The notes beneath the pieces were generated by a model, which was not told the origin of the DNA, made no database searches, and saw only the letters and a list, made by a program, of their open reading frames with translations. A program made the position numbers and the translations under genes. Below are positions 21,668-30,133 of a stretch of 64,000 bases of DNA, piece after piece. How positions within the stretch are numbered: position 1 is the stretch's first letter; every line of letters starts with the position of its first letter. Origin of the DNA: an uncultured Actinomycetes bacterium (GTDB lineage Bacteria > Actinomycetota > Acidimicrobiia > IMCC26256 > DASPTH01); NCBI GenBank assembly GCA_963721435.1, contig CAVRJC010000012.1, positions 119,154 to 183,153 on the forward strand. The letters run 5' to 3'.

Positions 21668-22753
21668 TCATCCCTCCAGGTTCTCGAGGACCTTCTCGGC
21701 TTCGGCGATCGTGCGGTCGATGAACTCCTTGCACGACGGCAGGTCGTCGATCACACCGACCGCCTGGCCGCTCGCCATCACACCTGATTCCATGTTGCCG
21801 TCGACGAACGACATCTTCAGCAGCATCGGAGTGTTCGCCGCCATCAGCATCTGGGTCCACGTGAGGTCCATCGACTTGCGCATCGCCAGGCCCTCTTTGA
21901 GCATCGTGAGGTAGGGCACCTTGCTCAGCTTCTGGTAGCGGTACGCGTTGATCATGGCGCGCGGCAGCGACCACACCTTTCCTCGCGCCGACTCGAGCTC
22001 GTCGACCAGCTCGGTGCGCAGCACGCGGTGCGGCTGGCCGTCGACCTGCCGCGTCACGACCGTGTCGGCGACGGACCGCGACAAGTAGTACGCCTTGACG
22101 TTGTCGGGCACGCGGGAGTCGGACGTGAGGAGGAAGCGCGTCCCCATCGCGACGCCGTCGGCGCCGTACGCGAGCGCGGCGACGAGGCCGCGGCCGTCGA
22201 AGAACCCACCGGCGCCGATGACCACGATGCGGCCCTGCACCGTGTCGACGACCTGCGGCAGCAACAGCGTGGTGGGCACCGAGCCCGTGTGCCCGCCACC
22301 CTCACCGCCCTGCACGATCACCGCGTCGACGCCCCACTCCATGACCTTCTCGGCGTGGCGCTTCGCACCGATCGAGCAGATCACCACGACGCCGTTGTCC
22401 TTCAGCGTCGAGATCAGCTCTTCACGCGGCGCCTGGGCGAAGCTCGCGATCTTCACGCCCTCGTCGACCATCAGGCGGATGCGGTCCGTGACGTCGCCTG
22501 CGTCGGCGCGCAGGTTCACCCCGAACGGCTTCTGCGTGCGCGCCTTCACGTCGGCGATCGCGCGCCGGAGCTGCGGCATGTCCATGGTGGCGCTGGCGAT
22601 GATGCCGAGGCCACCGGCCTCCGCGGTGGACGACGTGAGGTGCGCGCCGGCGACCCAGCCCATGCCGGTCTGCACGATCGGGTACTCGACGCCGACGAGG
22701 TCACACAGGCGGGTGTGCAGGCGTGGGTTCAGGCCGGTGATCGAGTCAGTCAT
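21668..22753 (-). CDS. ipdC: Nitronate-monooxygenase/FabK-like flavoprotein, IpdC-like (steroid C/D-ring catabolism)
   Basis: PIVQTGMGWV, QGGEGGGH, GTRF; synteny echA20-ipdA-ipdB-ipdC as in M. tuberculosis Rv3550-Rv3553. Confidence 0.75.
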   Translation of the reverse strand: MTDSITGLNPRLHTRLCDLVGVEYPIVQTGMGWVAGAHLTSSTAEAGGLGIIASATMDMPQLRRAIADVKARTQKPFGVNLRADAGDVTDRIRLMVDEGVKIASFAQAPREELISTLKDNGVVVICSIGAKRHAEKVMEWGVDAVIVQGGEGGGHTGSVPTTLLLPQVVDTVQGRIVVIGAGGFFDGRGLVAALAYGADGVAMGTRFLLTSDSRVPDNVKAYYLSRSVADTVVTRQVDGQPHRVLRTELVDELESARGKVWSLPRAMINAYRYQKLSKVPYLTMLKEGLAMRKSMDLTWTQMLMAANTPMLLKMSFVDGNMESGVMASGQAVGVIDDLPSCKEFIDRTIAEAEKVLENLEG

Positions 22754-22761
22754 TGGCCTTC

Positions 22762-22814
22762 CTCATTGATTGGGCCTCATTTGGGCCTCATTGATTGGGC
22801 ATCATTGATTGGGC
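22762..22814. repeat. Tandem repeat of a 14-bp unit (CTCATTGATTGGGC), ~4 copies
   Basis: Copies at 22762, 22776 (11-bp variant), 22787 and 22801; spans the ipdB stop and abuts the ipdC RBS. Confidence 0.85.
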
Positions 22815-23563
22815 ACCTCGGCGAAGCGCAGGCCGTCAGGATCGAGGAACTCGATGCAGGAGAGCTCGGTGGGCGTCGGGTCGCGCGTGAACGGCACGTC
22901 GGCGTCGATCACGAGCTCGAAGCCCGTCGCCGCGACCACTTCGTCGACGGTGACGCCCGGGTGCACGCTGACGAGGCGCATGCGGTGATCGGGCCCGCCG
23001 AAGTCGAGGACACCGAGGTTGGTGACGACGTGGCGCAGCTCCTGGTGCTCGCGCACCCACTCGCTCACCGCCGAGCCGCGGTCGTAGCCCACCCCCGACA
23101 CGACGTCGACCTTCGGCACGAACACCTTCACCGAGTGGTTCGGGATCCAGTAGCTGGTCGTGTTCTGGATCGTGTTGCCGGGCGCGCCCCGCATGCCGAG
23201 CAGCTGCGCCTTGGGCTTCCCCCACTCGCCGATGTAGGCGAAGTTCTGGTTGCCGTACGGGTCGAGCTGCGACGCGCCCATCATCACGTGCCGACGACCC
23301 GACCACACGACGTCGAACATCTTGCGGTACGGGTTCCACGCTTCGACGACCTTGTCGACCGGCTCACCGCTCAGCGGCAGCGCGTTCGCCACGAGCAGCG
23401 CCTCGCCGTCGGTCATCACGAGGTCGGGCTCGAACATCTCACGCGCGAGCCGCCCGCCGATGGCAGGAGTGGTGCCGATCGGGTTGGCCATGATCTCGCC
23501 GTCGCCGCGAAAGCACTCGGCGACGCCGATCACGCAGTAGTCAGCGCGCGATGCCTCGGTCAC
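22802..23563 (-). CDS. ipdB: CoA-transferase-fold beta subunit, IpdB
   Basis: FDVVWSGRRHVMMG, QLLGMRGAPGNT, SYWIPNHS; follows ipdA with GTGA overlap. Confidence 0.85.
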   Translation of the reverse strand: MTEASRADYCVIGVAECFRGDGEIMANPIGTTPAIGGRLAREMFEPDLVMTDGEALLVANALPLSGEPVDKVVEAWNPYRKMFDVVWSGRRHVMMGASQLDPYGNQNFAYIGEWGKPKAQLLGMRGAPGNTIQNTTSYWIPNHSVKVFVPKVDVVSGVGYDRGSAVSEWVREHQELRHVVTNLGVLDFGGPDHRMRLVSVHPGVTVDEVVAATGFELVIDADVPFTRDPTPTELSCIEFLDPDGLRFAEVPNQ

Positions 23564-24408
23564 AGCCCGACCACCTTCCGGTACTCGGCATGATCGCCGC
23601 AATCGAGGTACTTCGCCTTCCAACCCGCCCACGCGTCGGCGTCCTTCGCACCAGCGGTGTACTCCCGCTGGAATGCCTCGTCACGCGGGTAGTCGGGCAC
23701 GCATTCGGTGAAGTGCGCGCCGAACGGCGCTTCCACGACACCATGGGTCCAGAGGCGCGAGATGAGCTGCGTCTGCGGCGCGCCGTTGCCCTGCAGCTCA
23801 TCGCTCTCGAGCAGCTTCTCCACGCTCATGAAGGCCTTGGGCGCCGCCTGCACCATGAGGTCGTCCATGTAGGGGTCGACGTTGAGGTACTGGCCGTTGC
23901 CGCGTGCGTCGCCGCGGTGCATGTGGACGATGGCGACGTCGAGGTTGAGCGCAGGTGCGGCAACGAGCTCCTCGCCGTCGTCGTACGGGGAGGTGACGAG
24001 ACGGATCTCCGGCTGACGCTCGACCACATCCGAGCCGAGCCCGACGCGCGTCGGGAGGAAGGGCACCCGCCACGCGGCTGCCTGCAGGCCGAGGAGGAAG
24101 AGTCCTTCGTCGAGCTCGAGCGTCGTGACCTTGCCCTGCTGCCGCGCGATGCGGAAGTGCGGCTCGAGCGCGATCGAGTCCAATGACACGAACGCGTAGA
24201 CCACGTGCTTGACCTTGCCCGTCGCGCACAGGATGCCGACATCGGGACCGCCGTAGCTCACCAGCGTGAGATCCTTCAGATCGCTGTTCGCGATCGCGCG
24301 CACGATGCTCATCGGCTTGCGGCGCGATCCCCAGCCGCCGATGCCGATCGTCATACCGTCGCGCAGCTCGCTGACGACGTCTTCCTCGGTGATGCGCTTG
24401 TCGACCAT
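23560..24408 (-). CDS. ipdA: CoA-transferase-fold alpha subunit, IpdA (COCHEA-CoA hydrolase)
   Basis: GMTIGIGGWGSRRKPM, SYGGPDVG, ELDEG, PFLPTR as remembered for Rv3551. Confidence 0.88.
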   Translation of the reverse strand: MVDKRITEEDVVSELRDGMTIGIGGWGSRRKPMSIVRAIANSDLKDLTLVSYGGPDVGILCATGKVKHVVYAFVSLDSIALEPHFRIARQQGKVTTLELDEGLFLLGLQAAAWRVPFLPTRVGLGSDVVERQPEIRLVTSPYDDGEELVAAPALNLDVAIVHMHRGDARGNGQYLNVDPYMDDLMVQAAPKAFMSVEKLLESDELQGNGAPQTQLISRLWTHGVVEAPFGAHFTECVPDYPRDEAFQREYTAGAKDADAWAGWKAKYLDCGDHAEYRKVVGL

Positions 24409-24444
24409 GTACCTCTTCTGTTTTCGATGTGCTTCATTCAGTGC

Positions 24445-25206
24445 CTAGCTCGATGTATCGGCGTCGCGCTTCTCGACGAACGCTTCACGCAGCTCGTCGG
24501 ACGCGCCCGACAGGTTGAGCTCGAAGGTGAACCCCTGCTCGTAGCGGTACGACTTCTTCACGTCCCACGGGTCGATGCCGTTCAGGCTCTCCTTCGCGGC
24601 GCGGATCACCGTCGGCGACTTCTCCGCGATGCTGCGGGCGACCGCGAACGCTGCGTCACGCAGCTCGGCGCGCGGGACCACCTGGAGCACGGATCCGAAG
24701 TGATGCAGCTCCTCGGCGGTCGCGGTGGCGCTCGTGTACATCATCGCCCGCATCTTGTGCTGCGGGACGAGGCGCGAGAGGTGGGTGGCCGCGCCGAGCG
24801 CGCCGCGGTCGACCTCGGGCAGGCCGAAGTAGGCGTCGTCGCTGGCGATGATGATGTCGGAGTTGCCGACCATGCCGATCCCGCCACCGAGGCAGAAGCC
24901 GTGCACCGCCGAGATCACCGGCACCGGGCAGTCGTAGATGGCGGCGAAGAGGGCGAAGCAGCCCCGGTTCGCACCGACCAGGACGCGGTAGCCGTCGTCG
25001 GCTTCCACCTCCTTGATGTCGACCCCGGCGTTGAAGCCCTTGCCCTCGGCCCGGATGATCACCACCCGGACCTCGGAATCCTCGCCGAGGCCGTTCAGCG
25101 TGTCGGCGAGGTCGAACCAGCCCGCCACCGGGAACGCATTCACGGGCGGGTAGTCGCACACCACTTCCGCGATGCCCTGGCCGTCGATGGTCACGGTGAT
25201 CCCCAC
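24445..25206 (-). CDS. echA20: Enoyl-CoA hydratase, EchA20-like
   Basis: FNAGVDIKE, GFCLGGGIG, LPEVDRGALGAATHLSRLVPQH, SYRYEQGFTFELNL; first gene of the ipdAB operon. Confidence 0.85.
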   Translation of the reverse strand: MGITVTIDGQGIAEVVCDYPPVNAFPVAGWFDLADTLNGLGEDSEVRVVIIRAEGKGFNAGVDIKEVEADDGYRVLVGANRGCFALFAAIYDCPVPVISAVHGFCLGGGIGMVGNSDIIIASDDAYFGLPEVDRGALGAATHLSRLVPQHKMRAMMYTSATATAEELHHFGSVLQVVPRAELRDAAFAVARSIAEKSPTVIRAAKESLNGIDPWDVKKSYRYEQGFTFELNLSGASDELREAFVEKRDADTSS

Positions 25207-25242
25207 GGGCGGGAGCGTACAACGGCGTCTGACGACTCATCA
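25201..25242 (+). repeat. 42-bp direct repeat, left copy (attL-like)
   Basis: CCCCACGGGCGGGAGCGTACAACGGCGTCTGACGACTCATCA, identical to 26549..26590. Confidence 0.95.
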
Positions 25243-25395
25243 CTTCCAAGCCGTTGCACTCGCTCGCTGCATCCCCGCAGGTCACAGCGCCCAACCTGCG
25301 ATGAACGCATCTGGCTCGCAGTTGCGGCTTCACGTCGAAACGTTGCAGTCAAATGGCAGAGTCCGGACACCACATGAGCGAGCCGCCCTGCCGTC

Positions 25396-25428
25396 GGTGG
25401 AAATCCGGTGGATATCAGGTGGATAACT
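25396..25428 (+). repeat. Three tandem 11-bp direct repeats (GGTGGAWAWCN), candidate integrase arm-type sites
   Basis: GGTGGAAATCC GGTGGATATCA GGTGGATAACT, ~155 bp inside the left direct repeat. Confidence 0.55.
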
Positions 25429-25455
25429 GTTGGCAACTGGCGATAAGTTCGCATC

Positions 25456-25617
25456 GTGGCGTACTCCGACCCTGTGCAGCGCGACGTTGAGCGCTTTGAC
25501 GCGTACCGGGCGGCACTGAGCGCGGCAGTCAACGGCGAAGCGCCACCCGAGCGACGTTCGCGCAAGCCCAAGCGACGCGGAACCTCAGAACGACAGGACC
25601 CCCGCCACACGAAGTAG
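25456..25617 (+). CDS. Possible small basic hypothetical protein (53 aa) or gene remnant
   Basis: GTG...TAG ORF AYSDPVQRDVERFDAYRAALSAAVNGEAPPERRSRKPKRR...; no recognisable domain. Confidence 0.25.
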   Translation: MAYSDPVQRDVERFDAYRAALSAAVNGEAPPERRSRKPKRRGTSERQDPRHTK

Positions 25618-25629
25618 CGGGGGCCTGTC
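25592..25629. terminator. Stem-loop inside the islet, probable terminator
   Basis: GACAGGACCCCCGC...GCGGGGGCCTGTC, downstream of the STAS gene on the - strand. Confidence 0.55.
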
Positions 25630-25697
25630 TCAAGCCCGTTCTCCGGCTTTGTGGGGCCAGTGCCGAGCGCGCCTGGCAGCGTACGGGGTGCTCAATG

Positions 25698-25982
25698 TCA
25701 GAGGAGCATCCGGTCGGCGCCGGTGCGCTTCAAGACCTCCAGAATCGAAGGTGAGACGTTGACGAGGCGCAGGGACGGCACACGCTCGGCCAGGTTGACG
25801 AGAACCTGAACGCTGTCCGGGTCGAGTCCGTCCAATGCCTCGCAGTCAACGACAACACTGCCTGTCGCTTCGTGCAACGTCTGCGCAAGCTTCGGCGCGT
25901 GCTCGGCGTCGAGTTCGCCCACGAGCCGAGCGAAGAACACGCCGTCGATCTGACTCGCGGAAATGATGAACCCGGCACTCAT
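25698..25982 (-). CDS. STAS domain protein (anti-sigma-factor antagonist-like)
   Basis: LVGELD...VVVDCEALDGLD...LRLVNVSPSILEVLKRTG STAS pattern, 94 aa. Confidence 0.8.
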   Translation of the reverse strand: MSAGFIISASQIDGVFFARLVGELDAEHAPKLAQTLHEATGSVVVDCEALDGLDPDSVQVLVNLAERVPSLRLVNVSPSILEVLKRTGADRMLL

Positions 25983-26133
25983 CTGTCTGCCCTGACTCTG
26001 AGGGGAGCGCCCGACCCCGCGCACACAATAGCTACCCGTCGCGTCGTGCACGGCGAACATCAGCACGGTGCGGGTTGTCGAGAGGTTCGCACACGCGGAG
26101 TGTGGGTGCGCGAGGTCGCGAACGGACGTTTTC

Positions 26134-26310
26134 TCAGGTACTCGGCTTCGGCGTTGGCTTCGCGGCGAAGGCACACGCGACGGATACGAGCCCTCCGACA
26201 ATCATGACGAGCTTCAGCCAACCTGCGGCAGTGCTGGTGATCGCCAGGATGACGAACAGCAACAAGGCGAAGGATGACCCGACCCGGGCGACTACCAGTC
26301 GTCGTTCCAT
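26134..26310 (-). CDS. Small two-TM membrane hypothetical protein
   Basis: MERRLVVARVGSSFALLLFVILAI...LVMIVGGLVSVACAFAA, two hydrophobic helices; start uncertain. Confidence 0.45.
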   Translation of the reverse strand: MERRLVVARVGSSFALLLFVILAITSTAAGWLKLVMIVGGLVSVACAFAAKPTPKPST

Positions 26311-26548
26311 GATGAGAAAATCGGCGAGGCTTGCTCTCGACTTGAGCGCCTCGGTCACCCGAGTCACGGCAAACGCCGAACCCGTCAAGCGAGTCGGTCG
26401 GCGGGTCCAAGTCGCCGGTGGGCTGCGATGGACCGTTCAGCCGCGGTGCTTGCTGCGTGTACACGTTCAGGCGTTGACGGTGACACCGAGGCTTCGTTGG
26501 AAGTAGTCGACCGCATCGTCAGAAAATGCGCGCTGACCTGCGGAAACA

Positions 26549-26590
26549 CCCCACGGGCGGGAGCGTACAACGGCGTCTGACGACTCATCA
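26549..26590 (+). repeat. 42-bp direct repeat, right copy (attR-like)
   Basis: Identical to 25201..25242. Confidence 0.95.
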
Positions 26591-26592
26591 GA
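26576..26592. promoter_or_regulatory. 17-bp palindrome TCTGACGACTCATCAGA, candidate operator
   Basis: Near-perfect dyad between divergent -10 boxes (TACGCT toward echA20, TAGCGT toward the SDR); recurs at 35389. Confidence 0.6.
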
Positions 26593-26671
26593 TCCGGTCA
26601 GGTAGCGTCCCCGGCATCGACGTGGGCGAGATTCCGGCGGCACGGATGGCCGCAGACACAGGGGGAACCAC

Positions 26672-27526
26672 ATGGGTGCGCTCGATGGGATGGCGGCACT
26701 GGTCACGGGCGGCGCGGGCGGCATTGGCGGCGCGTCGGCGCGCTGGCTGCTGCGCGACGGCTGCTCGGTCACCCTGATGGGGCGCACCGAGTCGTCGCTC
26801 CAGGAGCAGGCCGCAGCCCTCGAGACCGAGGCCCCGGTGGGAACGACCGTGCAGTACTTCGTGGGCGACGCCCACCTCGTCGACGACGTGCGCGGCGCGT
26901 TGAAGCTGGCGACCAAGCCCACCGGCGGGCTGAACATCACGGTGGCCACGGTCGGCGGCGGCACGATGGTGCCGTTCCTCGCCATGAGCGAGGAGACGTT
27001 CGTCGCCGACCTGCTGAAGAACGCGCTCACGTCGTTCATCGCGATCAAGTACTCGGCCCCGCTCATGGCGGCCGGGGGCGGCGGCTCGATCGTGCTCATC
27101 TCGTCGGACGTCGCGCGTATGTCGTGGCCGTTCCTCAACGCGTACTGCGCCGGCAAGTCGGCGCTCGAGGGAATGATGGAGGTCGCGGCCGACGAGCTCG
27201 GCGCGGTCAACGTGCGCGTCAACGCGGTGCGCCCCGGTCTCGTGAAGACGAGCGCCAACACGCGCCTGTTCGACAACGCGGACACGCTGAAGAAGTTCAC
27301 CGACGAGAAGCCGCTCGGCCGGACCGGCGTGCCGGATGACATCGCCGCCGGCGTGCGCTACCTCGCGGGGCCGGAGTCGTCGTGGGTCACGGGGCAGAGC
27401 TTCGCCATCGAGGGTGGCAACGAGCTGCGCAAGGCGCCCTACCTCGAGGGCACCGTGCGCACCCGGTTCGGCGACGAGGTCGTCGACGCCTGCCTCGCCG
27501 GCAAGCTGCCGGAGAGCTTCTTCTGA
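26672..27526 (+). CDS. SDR family oxidoreductase
   Basis: TGGAGGIG, YCAGK, VNAVRPG, WVTGQ. Confidence 0.92.
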   Translation: MGALDGMAALVTGGAGGIGGASARWLLRDGCSVTLMGRTESSLQEQAAALETEAPVGTTVQYFVGDAHLVDDVRGALKLATKPTGGLNITVATVGGGTMVPFLAMSEETFVADLLKNALTSFIAIKYSAPLMAAGGGGSIVLISSDVARMSWPFLNAYCAGKSALEGMMEVAADELGAVNVRVNAVRPGLVKTSANTRLFDNADTLKKFTDEKPLGRTGVPDDIAAGVRYLAGPESSWVTGQSFAIEGGNELRKAPYLEGTVRTRFGDEVVDACLAGKLPESFF

Positions 27527-27544
27527 GACGACCGCGGGCCGAAC

Positions 27545-28831
27545 CTACGGCCTGACGCTGTCCTGCATGGCCTGGGCGAGGGCGATGATGCCCCGCTCGA
27601 GCTCGGACTCGGGCACCATCGAGAACGCCATCCGCAGGTACTGCGTGTGGAGGTCCTTCTCGGACTCCCCGAAGAAGCGCTCACCGGGACGGCACTGCAC
27701 GCCGTTGGCGATCGCCCGCATCATGACCTCGCTCCCGTCGACCGAGTCGGAGATCTCCAGCCAGTGGAAGAACCCGCCGTCGGGGCTGTCGAAGGTGACG
27801 AAGTCGCCGCAGTGCTGACGGAGCGCGTCGGCCGCGAGATCGCGCTTGCGCCGGTAGAGCTCGTTCACCATCTCGACGTGCTCGTCGTAGAGGCCCTCGG
27901 CGACGTACTTGGCGACGACCCGCGCGAGGAACTGGCTGACGCCGAGGTCGCCGCGCACGCACGACATCGCCGAGACGACTTCGGGCGCGCCGGTGACGGA
28001 GCCCATGCGCAGCGCGGGCGCGAGGGTCTTGCTGAAGCTGTCGACCCGCACGACGTAGCCCTCGGTGTCGAGGCTCAGCAACGTCGGGATCTTCTCGCCG
28101 TCGTAGCGCAGCTCGCCGTACACGTTGTCCTCGAGCACGATGAACTCGTACTCGTCGGCGAGCTCGAGCACGCGCTTGCGACGCGGCAGCGACAACGACC
28201 AGCCCGTCGGCGTGTTGAACGTGGTGATCGTGTAGAGCATCTTCAGTCGCCGGCCTTCACTCCGCAACCGCGCCAACTCGGCTTCGAGCGCGTCGACATC
28301 GAGCCCGTCGCGGTCCATCGGCACCGAGATGGCCTCGGCGCCACAGCGGCGACCGGAGTTGAGCACCGCCCCCCACGTGGGTGCTTCGACGCAGAACACG
28401 TCGCCCTCTTCGAGGAAGGCGTCGCACGCGATGGTCAGCGCGTGCGCGCCGCCCGAGGTGAGCATGACGGAACGAAGATCGAGATCGTCCCTGCCATCGG
28501 CTTCGCGCGTGCGGTCGACGATGATCTGACGCAGCCCTTCCCAGCCGTAGCCGATGCCACCGTGCGCGATGCCGCCGTACTGCAGGCCCTGCTCGGCATC
28601 GGTGCGCAGCACGTCCTCGGTGATGCGACACAGGTCGTCGATCGGGAACGTCGCGGGGTCGGGCAGGCCCGAGTCGAACGACCAGGTGATGCGCGGCGTG
28701 CCGCCTCCACCGGCACCACCCGCGCCGTCGGCGCCGCCGCGGCCCTGCACGCGCGGCATCTCCCAGTATCCGCTCGTACCACGCGCCGAGATCCCCGACT
28801 GCAGCTCCTTGACCAGTGCGCCGATCTCCAT
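27545..28831 (-). CDS. PLP-dependent aminotransferase class I/II (ARO8/MocR-type, no HTH)
   Basis: GLPDP, FNTPTG, EDNVY, SFSKTLAPALRMG. Confidence 0.9.
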   Translation of the reverse strand: MEIGALVKELQSGISARGTSGYWEMPRVQGRGGADGAGGAGGGGTPRITWSFDSGLPDPATFPIDDLCRITEDVLRTDAEQGLQYGGIAHGGIGYGWEGLRQIIVDRTREADGRDDLDLRSVMLTSGGAHALTIACDAFLEEGDVFCVEAPTWGAVLNSGRRCGAEAISVPMDRDGLDVDALEAELARLRSEGRRLKMLYTITTFNTPTGWSLSLPRRKRVLELADEYEFIVLEDNVYGELRYDGEKIPTLLSLDTEGYVVRVDSFSKTLAPALRMGSVTGAPEVVSAMSCVRGDLGVSQFLARVVAKYVAEGLYDEHVEMVNELYRRKRDLAADALRQHCGDFVTFDSPDGGFFHWLEISDSVDGSEVMMRAIANGVQCRPGERFFGESEKDLHTQYLRMAFSMVPESELERGIIALAQAMQDSVRP

Positions 28832-28855
28832 GGGTCGCTCCCGTCTCGTACGGAC

Positions 28856-30133
28856 TCAATCGTCCTGCTGACGCGCTCGTGCCTCGGCGCGTCGCGTCAT
28901 CGCCTCGATGCTCTGCTCACCCTCCGGGCGCAGTATGACCTTCTCGTCCGGCATCATGTTCGTCTCCACCCGGCGCTCGACCACACGCCAGCCGTCCCCG
29001 TCGCGCTGCAACCGGTCGACGAACCGGCGGGCGCCTTCGGTCCACGACCGCGGCTCGGCCGCGCCGGCCGGCCGCTCGATGATGAACACGTAGCTCTGCA
29101 CGGTCGCCTCATCCCCTGCGACGTGCACGAGGTGGTTGTTCATGAACAGCCAGGTGCCGTCCATCGCCCACATGCTCGCGCGGAGGACGTCGACGAGCGC
29201 GTCGACGCCGGACACCACACCGATCTCGGCTTCGCCCACCGTCACGTCGGGCGTGACGCACGCGCGCAGCAGGCTCTCGTCCCCGTGATCGATCGCGTAC
29301 GAGAGCGCAGTCACCGCGTCGATGACCATCGCCCGGTCGAGCAGCGCATGCACGCGCGCGTCCGCGCTCCGCGGCGGCACCGGCAACGCGTCGAAGTGAC
29401 CGGGGCCATCGACGGCGCGCGACTCGAGCCGCCAGCGCCCGTCCTCGCGCACGAGGTGATCGGCCCACCGCACCGGGGTGATGACGTCGGCCGGTCGCGC
29501 CCGGTCTTCGCCGTCGGGAATGGGTGTGACCAACACGTAGCTCTCGGCCCACGCCTCGTCGCCGTCGATGGTGACGAGGCGCGTGCCGAGGAAGTTACGG
29601 ACCCGGCCGGTTGTCGCGATGTCCGCAACCACCGTGTCCCGCACGACGGCATCACGGATCGCGGCGCGGTCGAGCAGCCATTGCACCGCGGGATCGTCCG
29701 ACCGCAGCCCGTCGACTCCGTTCGGTGCCCACGCGGGCTCACCGCCGCGCTGCGTGATCGCCCAGTCGCCGTCGCGGCGCGTGAGCTTCTCGACGTAGCG
29801 GCTGCTCACCAACAGCTTCTCGGGGTCGCCGTCGAGACGGTGCGTGAGCTGCGCGAACGTGTCCATCGACGCGGTGTCGCCGCTCACCTCGATGAGCTGG
29901 TTGCCCATCATGTGCATCGTCTCGCGGAAGTGGCCGACGCCGGAGATGAACCGGATCAGCGCGTCGCGATCGAAGCCCTCTCCGAGGGGGCCCCATCCCA
30001 CCGTCTTCAGGTCGGGCGCGAAGCACGCGCGCACCATCTCCATCTCGCGCTGATCGACGCCGTGCGAGTAGCGCATCATGATGTCGTGGATCTCGTCGCG
30101 GTCCGCGAGCACGCGGACCGCGTCGTCGGTCAT
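28856..30133 (-). CDS. Protein with three tandem NTF2/SnoaL-like domains
   Basis: Three units starting LADRDEI / LLDRAAI / LLDRAMV, each ending with D.L.R.DG.WR; TGATG overlap with RidA. Confidence 0.8.
   Translation of the reverse strand: MTDDAVRVLADRDEIHDIMMRYSHGVDQREMEMVRACFAPDLKTVGWGPLGEGFDRDALIRFISGVGHFRETMHMMGNQLIEVSGDTASMDTFAQLTHRLDGDPEKLLVSSRYVEKLTRRDGDWAITQRGGEPAWAPNGVDGLRSDDPAVQWLLDRAAIRDAVVRDTVVADIATTGRVRNFLGTRLVTIDGDEAWAESYVLVTPIPDGEDRARPADVITPVRWADHLVREDGRWRLESRAVDGPGHFDALPVPPRSADARVHALLDRAMVIDAVTALSYAIDHGDESLLRACVTPDVTVGEAEIGVVSGVDALVDVLRASMWAMDGTWLFMNNHLVHVAGDEATVQSYVFIIERPAGAAEPRSWTEGARRFVDRLQRDGDGWRVVERRVETNMMPDEKVILRPEGEQSIEAMTRRAEARARQQDD

Larger units (their letters stand above)
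25201..26590. mobile_element. Integrase-less genomic islet (CIME-like remnant) flanked by 42-bp direct repeats
   Basis: Perfect direct repeats; visibly more AT-rich interior; inverted CCGCAGGTCA/TGACCTGCGG motifs near both ends; 11-bp tandem repeats; no recombinase ORF. Confidence 0.75.

Noticed and set aside
25417-25428. DnaA box / replication origin (GTGGATAAC)
   Set aside because: Single imperfect match that is part of the 11-bp tandem repeat; no dnaA, rep gene or DUE
25201-26590. CRISPR array or tRNA att site from the 42-bp repeat
   Set aside because: Only two copies 1.3 kb apart, no spacers or cas genes, and no tRNA cloverleaf or T-loop motif
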